A model generated the notes under the pieces. That model saw nothing but the letters and a program-made list of their open reading frames with translations. It was not told the origin of the DNA and made no database searches. Made by a program: the position numbers and the translations under genes. Of a stretch of 64,000 nucleotides of DNA, positions 46,727 through 56,843 are shown one piece after another. Within the stretch, counting starts at the first letter, position 1, and each line of letters opens with the position of its first letter. Source of the stretch: a bacterium (lineage in GTDB: Bacteria; UBA10199; 2-02-FULL-44-16; JAAZCA01); the NCBI GenBank assembly GCA_963674695.2, contig CAXXGI010000001.1, positions 512,001-576,000 of the forward strand. The letters are read 5' to 3'.

Positions 46727-49700
46727 ATGCCTTCCGAAATGCCCCCGCGGCGAGACACGAGCATCGAGCTGAGCATGGACGAGTCGCAGAACCGTCGACT
46801 CGCTGCCATCATGTTCACCGACATCAAGGGGTTCTCGTCCATCATGGAGACGGATGAGAGCACCGCCGTCGGGATGGTGAAAGCCCAGCGCGAGATCATC
46901 CGCCGACAGATCGCTCTGCATCAGGGGGAAGAACGCGAGACGATCGGCGATGCGTTTCTCGTCATCTTCGAGAGTGCGATCAACGCCGTCCAGTGCGCCA
47001 TCGACATCCAGCGCGAAATTCTGAAGTATAATCAGGAGCGCGAAGAGGAGAAACACGTCTGGGTGCGCATCGGCATCCACCTGGGCGACATCATCGTCGA
47101 GGAGGGCTCGATCTTCGGCGGCGGCGTAAACCTGGCCGCGCGCGTGGAACCGCTGGCCGAGCCCGGCGGTGTTTGCATCACGCAGCAGGTCCTCGACCAG
47201 GTCAAGCACCACATCGACATCGCGGTCAAACGCCTCTCGATCAAAGAGCTCAAGAACATCACCGACATCCCGGCGCTCTATCACATCATCCTGGATACGG
47301 TCGCGCCGCGCGGACCGCTCACCATCAAGGAACGCCTTCAGGAGTTCTTCGAATCGCCGCTGCACATCGCGCTCGTCGCGGGCGGAGGGAGCCTGCTTCT
47401 GCTCATCCTCCTCTGGTGGTTCTTCCTGGCGACCCATACGAGCTATGCCCGCCAAATCGCTCTCCTGCGTCACGAACCCAAGGCACGCTTCACCATCGGA
47501 AGCGGACAGGCGCAGAAGCTGACCGACTTCTATCGGCTGACCAAGCGTGGCACGCGCGTGAAGCAGGTGGATCACATCACAAAACCCAAGACGACGCCGG
47601 AGCAGAACCATCCACAGTGGCGCGTCGGCATCATGCGTGCGGTCCATCGGGACGACCCGCTGACCCACTACGCCTATGACCGCGGGCGCATCTCCGAACA
47701 GAGTTTCTCCGATGCCTTCGGAGCATTTCACTATAAGCTCATCTTCACCGAGGGCGGGAAGCTCTCGACGGCGCGGGACAACTCTGGTTTTGTCATGACG
47801 TTTGAAAACCAGATCGCAGGCTATCGCTACGACTTTGACGATCGCGGCCGCGTGATCGAACGACAGAACCGCAACGCCTTCGGATGGCTGCGCGACGACA
47901 ACGACGGTGTGGCGATCTATCGCTATCGCTACAATAGCGACGACCTGCCCACCGACATCAGCCGCTTCGACGCCAGCGGAAACCCGATCGAAGACAAACA
48001 GGGCATCTCGGTTACGAAACTCGCATATAACGACCAGGGGCTGGTGACCAAAGAGACCTATCACGATCGCTACGGCTCGGTGCGCGAGGCGCGCAACGGC
48101 GTGGCCATCGTGGAGCGACTCTATGACAAACCCGGACGATTGGTGCGAGAGAGCTATTTCGACCGTTCGGCCCGTGCCGCGACGAACACCGATGGTGCCT
48201 GCGCGCTGCTCTTTATACGCGACAAGGCCGGACGCGCGACGCGCGAAACGACGCTGAGCTGCGCTGGTCAACCCAAGACCTCGCGGCAGGGCTATGCCAT
48301 GCGCGCCCTCGAATACGAGGGCGACAACCTCGTGGGCATTCGCTATCTCGATCAGGAGGGAAAACCCGACGACGACGATCGCGGCGTGTCCATCGTGCGC
48401 ATCGCCCATGACGATGCCGGACGCATTACGGAATTGAACTTCTTCGGCCCCGATGAACAACCGGTCGCCGCCAGCGACCAAGCGCATGCCATCCGTTTTC
48501 GCTATAACGAGGACGGCCGCCCGTTGAGCTCCACCATCATCGGACTCAACGGAAAGCCGACGATCGGCGCTGAGGGATATGCGCAGTTTCGTTTCCAGTA
48601 TAACGACCGTGGCGATGTGGTCGAATGGGCCTACTTCGACGCCGAGGGGGATCTCACCAACATCCATGAGGGATTTGCGGTCGTCAAAACCCTCTACGAT
48701 CAATTCGGCAACCAGGTCTCAAAATCCATGTTCGATCGTGAAGGCAATCCCGCCATGGGGCGTGCGGAGAGCTGCCATCGGATGGAATTCACCTACGACA
48801 ACAAGGGCAACCTCGCCGAAACGCGTTGTTTCGATGGAACCGGAAGTCTGACCCCCGGCCTCAAGAGCTGCGCGATTACCAAGACAGAGTACAATACCAT
48901 CGGGAAGCTCTCGCGCGTGGAGTGTTACGTCGATGAGGGCAAGCTCATCGACGTCCCCAACCTCCCCTCCGTGCTCACGGCCAAATACGATAAACACGGC
49001 TACACCTCTGAGGTGCGTGCCTTCGATGCGGAGGGCAACCCCGCCGAGCGCTATCAGGGAGCGGCTATCTGGCGCGCCAAGTCCGATGCCTACGGCAACG
49101 AAATCGAGATCGCCACCTATGACGGCAACGGCAACTTAATCGACAACCCGCGCTACGGCGCGGCCATCTTCCGTCGCGAATTCGACAACCGCGGAAACCA
49201 ACTGCGCATCCAGGCCTTCAACATGGAGAATAAGCCCACCCGCGGCAATTGGGGTTTTGCCGAAATCAGATCCACCTACAACGAGCGCGGGCAGCAGACC
49301 TCCGAGGCCTATTTCAACGAGGAGGGAGAGCCGACGGAGAACTGGCAGGGCGTGCACGATTCGCGGCGTGCCTACGACGATCGTGGTCGCCTGGTGGAAC
49401 ACGCCTTCTTCGACGATGAGGGAAAACCCGTAGAGAACGCCCAAGGGGTCGCCGCCATTCGCTATACCTACGACAAGTGGGACTGGGTCACCGGCATCGA
49501 CTATCTGGGCGACGACGGCCAACCAGCCGTCAACCTATCGTTGCACTGCGCATCAGAACACTACACCAACGATGATCGCGGCAACGTGATCAAGATCGAG
49601 CGCCTGGATACTGCAGGCGCTCTCTGCCGCAATGAAAACTGTATCCCGGTGGTCGAGCAGACCTTCGACACCAACAACCTGATGAACAAGCAGCGATTTC

Positions 49701-50137
49701 ACAGTGCCGATGGAGGGCCGGCCCTCGATGACGAGAATGCCGCCGGCTATGACTATCAGTATGACCAGCAGCGGCGCATCAGCACGGAAGCGGTGATCAG
49801 CGCCGACGGTAAACCAGGGCATGACCGCAGAGGTGTGCACGCCTACCACATCCACTACCGACCCGAATTCGATGACAGCCTCTGGTTTATGACGTTCACC
49901 GACCTGGACGACACACCCATGCGCGCGAAGAACGGCGCGAGCCTCAAGCTCTTTCTCTACGACAAGGCTTACCGTCATCGCCTCATCGCACGCGTCTTCG
50001 TTACCAGCGCTGGGAAAATTGTTGAAACGGAATGCGTGGACAACGCGGGAAACGTCACCGCTGAGAAGGCATGCGCCGACCCCAAGACCGTGAGCGAGGA
50101 GCTCGCGCGAATCAAACCCCTGCTGGAAAAGCCGTAA
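46727..50137 (+). CDS. Class III nucleotidyl cyclase - TM - extracytoplasmic YD-like repeat protein
   Basis: IMFTDIKGFS, TIGDAF, RIGIHLGD, GVNLAARVE; a single TM; then many YDxxGNxxxxxxFDxxGxP repeats. The start may be ATG 46775. Confidence 0.9.
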   Translation: MPSEMPPRRDTSIELSMDESQNRRLAAIMFTDIKGFSSIMETDESTAVGMVKAQREIIRRQIALHQGEERETIGDAFLVIFESAINAVQCAIDIQREILKYNQEREEEKHVWVRIGIHLGDIIVEEGSIFGGGVNLAARVEPLAEPGGVCITQQVLDQVKHHIDIAVKRLSIKELKNITDIPALYHIILDTVAPRGPLTIKERLQEFFESPLHIALVAGGGSLLLLILLWWFFLATHTSYARQIALLRHEPKARFTIGSGQAQKLTDFYRLTKRGTRVKQVDHITKPKTTPEQNHPQWRVGIMRAVHRDDPLTHYAYDRGRISEQSFSDAFGAFHYKLIFTEGGKLSTARDNSGFVMTFENQIAGYRYDFDDRGRVIERQNRNAFGWLRDDNDGVAIYRYRYNSDDLPTDISRFDASGNPIEDKQGISVTKLAYNDQGLVTKETYHDRYGSVREARNGVAIVERLYDKPGRLVRESYFDRSARAATNTDGACALLFIRDKAGRATRETTLSCAGQPKTSRQGYAMRALEYEGDNLVGIRYLDQEGKPDDDDRGVSIVRIAHDDAGRITELNFFGPDEQPVAASDQAHAIRFRYNEDGRPLSSTIIGLNGKPTIGAEGYAQFRFQYNDRGDVVEWAYFDAEGDLTNIHEGFAVVKTLYDQFGNQVSKSMFDREGNPAMGRAESCHRMEFTYDNKGNLAETRCFDGTGSLTPGLKSCAITKTEYNTIGKLSRVECYVDEGKLIDVPNLPSVLTAKYDKHGYTSEVRAFDAEGNPAERYQGAAIWRAKSDAYGNEIEIATYDGNGNLIDNPRYGAAIFRREFDNRGNQLRIQAFNMENKPTRGNWGFAEIRSTYNERGQQTSEAYFNEEGEPTENWQGVHDSRRAYDDRGRLVEHAFFDDEGKPVENAQGVAAIRYTYDKWDWVTGIDYLGDDGQPAVNLSLHCASEHYTNDDRGNVIKIERLDTAGALCRNENCIPVVEQTFDTNNLMNKQRFHSADGGPALDDENAAGYDYQYDQQRRISTEAVISADGKPGHDRRGVHAYHIHYRPEFDDSLWFMTFTDLDDTPMRAKNGASLKLFLYDKAYRHRLIARVFVTSAGKIVETECVDNAGNVTAEKACADPKTVSEELARIKPLLEKP

Positions 50138-50174
50138 TCCGTGAACCGTAAACAAGATCGTGTTATACTGCCAA

Positions 50175-50328
50175 GTTCACCGTTCACCGTTCACCGTTCA
50201 CCGTTCACCGTTCACCGTTCACCGTTCACCGTTCACCGTTCACCGTTCACCGTTCACCGTTCACCGTTCACCGTTCACCGTTCACCGTTCACCGTTCACC
50301 GTTCACCGTTCACCGTTCACCGTTCACC
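50175..50328. repeat. Perfect heptamer tandem repeat (GTTCACC)x22
   Basis: Directly visible between two convergent genes. Confidence 0.97.
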
Positions 50329-50331
50329 GCA

Positions 50332-51582
50332 TTACGGCAGTTCGCGGGCGACGGTCGCGAGCGAGGCGCGGATGATGTCTGCGGCTTCGTCGAGATCGGC
50401 ATCGGTGTGACGATGGGCGATGTAGGAGTGGTGATAGGGCTGCATGAAGAGCCCGCGCCGGATCGCCTCGGTGAAGAAGAGCGTGCGGCGTTTTTTGTAG
50501 GTCTTGTCCGGATCGGACGGAAACGTGAAATAGGGCATCGGCGGAATGCCGGAGAGCTCGGCCTTGGCCCCCGTCTCGTCGATGATGGCCTGCAACTTCT
50601 TGAGAAAGACCGTGCCGCGCTCCCAGATGGAATCACAGACGCGCTCGCGTTCGAGAATTTCAATCGTCTTGAGCGCCGCCACCATCTCCAGCGAATTCGG
50701 AAAATAGGTCGAAGAGACAAAGACCGTGGCATCGGCTAAAGCCTTCATGATGTCGCGGCGACCGCTCACGGAAGCGATCGGATAGCCGTTGGCCATCGCT
50801 TTCCCCATCGTGGTCATATCGGGTGTGACGCCATAGCGCGCCTGCGCGCCGCCGAGCGACACGCGAAAACCGGTGCGGATCTCATCGAAGATGAGCACCG
50901 CGCCGTGATCGGTGGCGAGCTTGCGCACACCCTCCAGGAACCCCGGCGCCGGCTCCTGCACCGGCTTGGCCAGTGGATGACCGATGGGGGTCACGATGAT
51001 CGCGGCAACCTCCCCTTTATTTTCGGCAAGGATCCGCTCGAGCGAGGCCGCATCATTATATTGGAACTCGTGCGTGAGCCCGGCCACCTCATTCGGAATG
51101 CCGCCGTGCACCTCGGCACACCAATCGTGCCAGCCGTGATAGCCACAGCGTGCGATCTTTTCGCGCCCGGTAAAACCACGCGCGATGCGGACAGCGGCGG
51201 TAGTCGCGTCCGACCCGGTCTTGACGAAGAAGCTCTGCTCGGCACACGGGATGAGCGCGCGCAGTTTCTTGGCCAGCTCGTTCTGCACCGACTGACAGAG
51301 GTTGAAGCAAAACCCCCTCTTCGTCTGTTCGGCCACCGCCTGGTCGATCTCCGGCTCGCAGTGCCCGAGGATGATCGGCCCATAGGCACAGAGCAAATCG
51401 ATGTATTCGTTGCCGTCGACATCCCAGACGCGCCCACCGCGCCCCTCCTTCAGAAAGAGCGGGTACTGGCCCGGCACGAAGTTGTAGGGACGGCGAATGC
51501 CCAATACCCCACCGGGAACGAGGTCGAGCGCCTCCTCCCAGAGGGCGTTGGATTTGGTGAGATTGAGCGGCGTTGATTCCAT
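50332..51582 (-). CDS. Class III PLP aminotransferase (GSA-aminomutase-like)
   Basis: WDVDGNEYID, GPIILGH, TGSDA, YHGWHD, LIFDEIRTGFR, GKAMANGYP. Confidence 0.9.
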   Translation of the reverse strand: MESTPLNLTKSNALWEEALDLVPGGVLGIRRPYNFVPGQYPLFLKEGRGGRVWDVDGNEYIDLLCAYGPIILGHCEPEIDQAVAEQTKRGFCFNLCQSVQNELAKKLRALIPCAEQSFFVKTGSDATTAAVRIARGFTGREKIARCGYHGWHDWCAEVHGGIPNEVAGLTHEFQYNDAASLERILAENKGEVAAIIVTPIGHPLAKPVQEPAPGFLEGVRKLATDHGAVLIFDEIRTGFRVSLGGAQARYGVTPDMTTMGKAMANGYPIASVSGRRDIMKALADATVFVSSTYFPNSLEMVAALKTIEILERERVCDSIWERGTVFLKKLQAIIDETGAKAELSGIPPMPYFTFPSDPDKTYKKRRTLFFTEAIRRGLFMQPYHHSYIAHRHTDADLDEAADIIRASLATVARELP

Positions 51583-51673
51583 GGAAAACTCCTTTCAGCA
51601 CCGAGAAGTATCAACCCCTCGCCCAAAGGTCAAAGCTGAAAGCTTTCAGGCTGATGATAACCCCTTGAATGTT

Positions 51674-51742
51674 GTCATTCCCGCGAAAGCGGGAATCTCG
51701 GTGTGCCGTAACAAGCGAGATTCCCGCTTTCGCGGGAATGAC
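51674..51742. repeat. REP-like doublet (GTCATTCCCG type)
   Basis: GTCATTCCCGCGAAAGCGGGAATCTC...GAGATTCCCGCTTTCGCGGGAATGAC. Confidence 0.85.
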
Positions 51743-51821
51743 AAAAACTCAGGTTTGTCATCAGCCTCTGGTTAAAACTTTCAGCTTTGACCTTCTGTCC
51801 CCGCTGTTTTACACAGGGGGC

Positions 51822-54758
51822 ATGGTTTTCGCCCAAGACAAGCGCCTGATGCAAAAACGCATCTCGGAGGTACTGCTGGTCTCCTCCCCGTATGACCTCT
51901 ACCTCATGGAGGAAGAAGGGTTCCTCTCCGATCGCATCTCGGACGAATATGCCCTGCTGCACCTAACGCACGCACCAGCGGTCACGCGCGTTTCCACCGC
52001 CGAAGAGGCGCTGGAGGCGATGGAGAAGCGCCACTTCGATCTGGTCGTGACCGGCATGCGCGTCGGGAAGGCAATGAACGCCTTCGAAATGAGTCGGCGC
52101 ATCAAACAGGATCACCCGGAAATACCCGTCGCACTGCTCACCTCGGAGACCGGGAGACTGGCCACCGCAACGGCGAGTCAGCGTCGCGACATGAGAAGCA
52201 TCGACAAGATCTTTCTCTGGCACGGCGATACCCGTCTCTTCATCGCGCTGATCAAGCTCTTCGAAGATCGCGTCAACGCCGAACACGACTGTCTCAAAGA
52301 ACAGGTGCGCGCCATCATCCTCGTGGAGGACTCGCCCCACTTCTACAGCACCTACCTCCCCTTCATCTACACCGAGATCCTGGAGCAAATGCGCGCGCTC
52401 ATCCTGGAGGGAACGACCGACGAAGAAAAGCTCTTGCGCATGGCCAGCCGCCCAAAGATTCTGCTCGCCAGCAACTACGAGGAGGCTTGCACCCTCTATC
52501 AACGCTATCACGACAGCGTCCTGGGGGTCATCAGCGACATCCGTTTTCCGCGCGCCGGCGTCCTCGATGCCGAGGCCGGATTTGCCATCACCGAGATGGT
52601 CAAGAATGACAACCCGGACGTGCCGGTGCTGCTGCAGTCGAAGGATTTGGAAAAGGCCTACCGCGCCGCCGCCATGGGTGCCGAATTCGCCGATAAGAAC
52701 TCCCCCCACCTCCTGCAGAGCCTGCATCGGTTCATCACGGAATATTTTGGCTTCGGCGACTTCGTCTTCCGGCTTCCGGGAGGAGGAGAGGTGGGACGCG
52801 TTTCCACGATGCGCGGCATGGAGCGCACGCTCGAGGACGTTCCCGAGGCGGCCATCGAATATCACGCCCAGCGCAATCATTTCTCCAACTGGTTCTTCGC
52901 GCGCGGCGAGTTCGAACTGGCGGCGGGATTGCGCCCGATGAAGATCGGCGACTTCGACGACATCGAGGAGGTCCGAAACCTCCTCATCTCGCGTTTGCGT
53001 TCGGTGCGCCTGGGACGGCGACAGACGCGCATCGCCCGATTTTCCGAACGCGACTTCGACCCGACCACGCCCTTCATCCGCTTTGGCGAGGGGTCGATCG
53101 GGGGCAAGGGACGCGGCATCGCCTTCATGAGCCGCATGCTCGCCGATCCCAAAACGGCCAAACGTTTTGAAGGATATCGCGTCGGCGTGCCCCGCACCGC
53201 CGCCATCGGCACGGACATGTTCGACCGCTTTCTGCACCGCAACCGCCTCTATCGCATCGCCATGGAGGGCACCGACGATGCGGCGATCGCACAAGCGTTT
53301 CTGAACTCGGAACTCGAATCGAAATTGGTGGGAGAGCTGACCGCGTTTTTGCGCCGGGTGGAGCAACCGCTGGCCGTGCGCTCCTCGTCCCTTTCGGAGG
53401 ATTCCCTCTCGCAGCCATTCGCGGGGCTCTATTCGACCTACCTCATTCCGAACAACCACCCGGATTTCAACGAACGGCTCGCGCAGTTTTTAGCCGCCGT
53501 GAAACTCATCTATGCCTCGACCTTCTTCGCCAACCCCAAGGCCTATATGGAGGCGAACAACATCGCCATCGAGGGCGAGAAGATGGCGATCATCATCCAG
53601 GAGGTCGTGGGAACGCCGCACGGGCGATACTTCTACCCGGACATGGCCGGCGTTGCCCAATCCTACAACTATTTTCCCGTCGGCTATCTCAAACCCGAGG
53701 ACGGAGTGGCACAACTGGTCATGGGCCTGGGCACGCTCGTCGTGCGCGGCGAACGGGCGCTGCGGTTTTCGCCCCGCTATCCGCAGATCCTGCCGCAATT
53801 CACCAAGGCGCGCGACATCGTGGCCTATTCACAGCGTTCCTTTCAGGCGCTCGATCTCGAAAGCGCCAATACGACGCTCTTCACCGATGAGTCGGCGACG
53901 ATCGCCACGCTCGAATTGAGCCAGGCCGAGCATGATGGCGTGCTGGCAAAGGTCGGCGGCGTCTACGAGCCGGAGGACGACGTCGTCTACGACGGACTCT
54001 CGCGACCCGGGAAACGCGTGGTCTCCTGTCGACAGGTGCTCGCCGGTTCGCGCTTCCCCCTTCCGAATATCCTATTGGAACTCCTCGACATCGGATCCCA
54101 CGGCATGGGCTGCCCGGTCGAGTGCGAGTTCGCCTGCCAGCTCGGCGATGCCGACACGCCCCCCGCCTTCTCGCTGCTGCAGATCCGCCCGCTCGTCACC
54201 GGCGGCGAGGCCGATGAAGTGCGCATCGACGAGGTCACGACGCCGGAGTGCATCGTCACAACCAACCGCGCCATGGGCAACGGCGTCTTCGACGAGATCA
54301 CCACCATCATCGCGGTCAAACCGCAGACGTTCGACCTGTCGCGCACGAGTGAGATCGCCCAGGAGGTCGGCCGCTTCAACGCCGAGATGGTTCGACGCGG
54401 TGAAACCTATATTCTGCTCGGATTCGGACGATGGGGAACGGTGAACCCTCTGCTCGGCATCCCGGTGACCTACGCGCAGGTCTCGCATGCGAAGGTAATC
54501 GGCGAAATCTCCACAGAGGAAATTCACATCGAACCCTCGCAGGGGACGCACTTCTTCCACAACATCGCTTCCTGCCGCATCGGCTACCTCTCGATCGACA
54601 CCACCGACGGCGACGACGAGTTCGTCGACTGGAACTGGATCGCCGCGCAGCCCGTCGAGATGGAATCTCAATTTGTTCGGATGATCCGCTGTGCAAAACC
54701 GGTGGTAACGCGTGTCGATGGACGCACGGGGAAGGGCGTGATTTTGAAACCGCACTAA
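51822..54758 (+). CDS. Receiver-like domains fused to PEP synthase / pyruvate phosphate dikinase nucleotide-binding domain
   Basis: GSIGGKGRG, PLAVRSSSLSED...FAGLYST, MAIIIQEVVG, LLQIRP, SQGTHFFHN. Confidence 0.88.
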   Translation: MVFAQDKRLMQKRISEVLLVSSPYDLYLMEEEGFLSDRISDEYALLHLTHAPAVTRVSTAEEALEAMEKRHFDLVVTGMRVGKAMNAFEMSRRIKQDHPEIPVALLTSETGRLATATASQRRDMRSIDKIFLWHGDTRLFIALIKLFEDRVNAEHDCLKEQVRAIILVEDSPHFYSTYLPFIYTEILEQMRALILEGTTDEEKLLRMASRPKILLASNYEEACTLYQRYHDSVLGVISDIRFPRAGVLDAEAGFAITEMVKNDNPDVPVLLQSKDLEKAYRAAAMGAEFADKNSPHLLQSLHRFITEYFGFGDFVFRLPGGGEVGRVSTMRGMERTLEDVPEAAIEYHAQRNHFSNWFFARGEFELAAGLRPMKIGDFDDIEEVRNLLISRLRSVRLGRRQTRIARFSERDFDPTTPFIRFGEGSIGGKGRGIAFMSRMLADPKTAKRFEGYRVGVPRTAAIGTDMFDRFLHRNRLYRIAMEGTDDAAIAQAFLNSELESKLVGELTAFLRRVEQPLAVRSSSLSEDSLSQPFAGLYSTYLIPNNHPDFNERLAQFLAAVKLIYASTFFANPKAYMEANNIAIEGEKMAIIIQEVVGTPHGRYFYPDMAGVAQSYNYFPVGYLKPEDGVAQLVMGLGTLVVRGERALRFSPRYPQILPQFTKARDIVAYSQRSFQALDLESANTTLFTDESATIATLELSQAEHDGVLAKVGGVYEPEDDVVYDGLSRPGKRVVSCRQVLAGSRFPLPNILLELLDIGSHGMGCPVECEFACQLGDADTPPAFSLLQIRPLVTGGEADEVRIDEVTTPECIVTTNRAMGNGVFDEITTIIAVKPQTFDLSRTSEIAQEVGRFNAEMVRRGETYILLGFGRWGTVNPLLGIPVTYAQVSHAKVIGEISTEEIHIEPSQGTHFFHNIASCRIGYLSIDTTDGDDEFVDWNWIAAQPVEMESQFVRMIRCAKPVVTRVDGRTGKGVILKPH

Positions 54759-54779
54759 CGAAGTATATGGACTTGTGTT

Positions 54780-54849
54780 GTCATTCCCGCGAAGGCGGGA
54801 ATCTCGACTTTTCAAGCACTTCGAGATTCCCGCCTTCGCGGGAATGACA
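54780..54849. repeat. REP-like doublet (GTCATTCCCG type)
   Basis: GTCATTCCCGCGAAGGCGGGAATCTC...GAGATTCCCGCCTTCGCGGGAATGAC. Confidence 0.85.
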
Positions 54850-54886
54850 AAAATCGGCATAATCAACTTTTTCGGACAGACACTGT

Positions 54887-55444
54887 TTACGTTTTCATCC
54901 GCAAATCGATGTCCACGATCTGGTCGGCAAATTCGATGCCCGCCTCATAGACGCGTTCGAAGACGGTGGGATGGAACATGCGCACCCAGCGTACGGTTCC
55001 GTGCAGGGCGCAGGCCGCGAGATTGGGCGGCGCGATGACGAGGTGCCGACCCTGTTCGATCGGTTCATGCGACTGAAAACGTATCCCCAACGTGGAGACA
55101 TCCTTCACCCGAGCCGTGTGCCATTGCGAATCGTGATCAAAGCAATAGGAGATCGTCGCCGCGATATCATGACGAGGCACGCGGCGGCGCTCCGGTCCGG
55201 AGGCAACCGCAGGCACCTGTTTGTGCTGATCGAGTTTGACCAACAGGTCATAGCGCGCACGACGCGACGCATCCGAGAGCGTCTCATAGGCCAGATTGAT
55301 TTCGGCCGCCTCGTCGGTGTCGCCCCCCCGGTCGGGATGCTTGCCCATGGTCGACATGAGCGTCCGGTAGGCCGCAGTGATCATCTCCGGCTCAGCATCG
55401 GCGGAGATTTGAAGGATGTCATAGTAGGTGCGTGTTTTGTCCAT
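54887..55444 (-). CDS. DnaJ-domain + PilZ-domain protein
   Basis: YYDILQI..HPDRGG..INLAYETLSD J-domain; ERRRVPR..DVSTLG PilZ motifs. Confidence 0.9.
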   Translation of the reverse strand: MDKTRTYYDILQISADAEPEMITAAYRTLMSTMGKHPDRGGDTDEAAEINLAYETLSDASRRARYDLLVKLDQHKQVPAVASGPERRRVPRHDIAATISYCFDHDSQWHTARVKDVSTLGIRFQSHEPIEQGRHLVIAPPNLAACALHGTVRWVRMFHPTVFERVYEAGIEFADQIVDIDLRMKT

Positions 55445-55453
55445 GATGACCCT

Positions 55454-55481
55454 TTATCGCATCTTCTTCAAAAAGGTTGCG
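55454..55481 (-). promoter_or_regulatory. Sigma-28-like promoter, near-leaderless transcript
   Basis: CGCAAC-N14-TGCGATAA ending ~10 nt before the ATG; no RBS visible. Confidence 0.45.
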
Positions 55482-55676
55482 CAAAAAAACACCCCCACAC
55501 GAATTATTGAAAAACAGAATAAAATTCAATGGGATCGCCATCCTCCCCCCCGATCCGACAGGGGGAATATCATCGCGGGCAAGTCCTTTACAGTTATCGG
55601 AACATCCTTTATATCCATTTGGATTCGCCGATCGCAGCGGAAATGCCGCATTCTCGATCCGGCGGGGGGTTTTCAC

Positions 55677-56690
55677 GTGGTTTCCAGCAAGGCCAAACGA
55701 ATTGCCGTCATCGACGACTCGGAGACAACGCGCGCCTTCATGGGCGTGATCCTGTCGGAGGCGGGCTATAGCGTACTGACGGCAAATGACGGCCGGGAGG
55801 GGCTCAATCTCATCGAGCAGGCCAAGCCCGACCTCATCATCCTCGACCTGGTCATGCCGAATCTCTCCGGATTTGCCGTCCTCAACATCCTGCAGGCCAA
55901 GGGCATTACCACCCCCGTACTCGTCATCACCGGCATTGCCGAAATCAGCGACGATCTCGCGCACTTGGGCATTGCCGGGCTCATCGTCAAACCGATCGAT
56001 GCGGATCGCCTGCTGCGCCACATCGATGCCATCTTCAAACTCCAGGAAGTTTCCGAGGAGATGGAGACAAACGTCGAGGATATCTGGGAGTCACAGGAAC
56101 GCTCCATCGACGAGGAGTCCTGGCCGGAACCACTGGCGCACGTGGAAGGCAAACCCCTCCACCACAGCGGTTCGATGATCCGACCCAATCAGAAGCCATC
56201 GGCTGATTCCTCGAAGATCGAGACGGAGTCCCCGCCTGCATCGCTGCCACCGGATGTCGCATCTCCCCCTCCGATCGAACCGGAGGAGGTGGACCCGAAC
56301 AAACCAAAACCGCTGGTTCTCATCGTCGAAGACGAGGAGGACCTGCGCAGCATGCTCTCACAGATGCTCGAGTTCTCCGGCTTTCGCGCGGCAACGGCTG
56401 CCGATGGACAGGAGGGACTCAACAAGGCGCAGGAACTGACCCCGAACGCCATCATCCTGGACCTGATGCTCCCCAAACTGGACGGCTTTCAGGTCTGCCG
56501 ACTGCTCAAGTTCGATGAGAAATACCGCGAGATCCCGATCATCATCCTCACCGCACGCAGCCAACCGGAGGACCAGAGACTTGCCGAAGCCTCCGGTGCG
56601 GATGCCTACATGACCAAACCCTTTGAGACGGATGTCCTGCTGGAAACACTGCACCGCGTGATCGTCAATCGGGCACATGCGCATCACTAG
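55677..56690 (+). CDS. Response regulator with two receiver domains and a Pro/acidic linker
   Basis: AVIDD..ILDLVMP..VKP and LIVEDE..ILDLMLP..TKP; GTG start inferred. Confidence 0.88.
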   Translation: MVSSKAKRIAVIDDSETTRAFMGVILSEAGYSVLTANDGREGLNLIEQAKPDLIILDLVMPNLSGFAVLNILQAKGITTPVLVITGIAEISDDLAHLGIAGLIVKPIDADRLLRHIDAIFKLQEVSEEMETNVEDIWESQERSIDEESWPEPLAHVEGKPLHHSGSMIRPNQKPSADSSKIETESPPASLPPDVASPPPIEPEEVDPNKPKPLVLIVEDEEDLRSMLSQMLEFSGFRAATAADGQEGLNKAQELTPNAIILDLMLPKLDGFQVCRLLKFDEKYREIPIIILTARSQPEDQRLAEASGADAYMTKPFETDVLLETLHRVIVNRAHAHH

Positions 56691-56704
56691 AGATGGATTT
56701 TGTT

Positions 56705-56773
56705 GTCATTCCCGAGAAATCGGGAATCTCGGTGTACTTGAAAGATCGGGATTCCCGCTTTCGCGGGAATGAC
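56705..56773. repeat. REP-like doublet (GTCATTCCCG type)
   Basis: GTCATTCCCGAGAAATCGGGAATCTC...GGATTCCCGCTTTCGCGGGAATGAC. Confidence 0.82.
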
Positions 56774-56843
56774 AAAAATATTTTCAATCGCCATTTCCCG
56801 ACAGGTTCTCACGAACGAGCAGCAACGCGGCATAAGATGTGCT

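Noticed and set aside
50332-51582. hemL assignment
   Set aside because: It lacks the typical PGGVNSPVR and SGTEA motifs (it has PGGVLGIRR and TGSDA) and has no hem context, so I call it only GSA-like.
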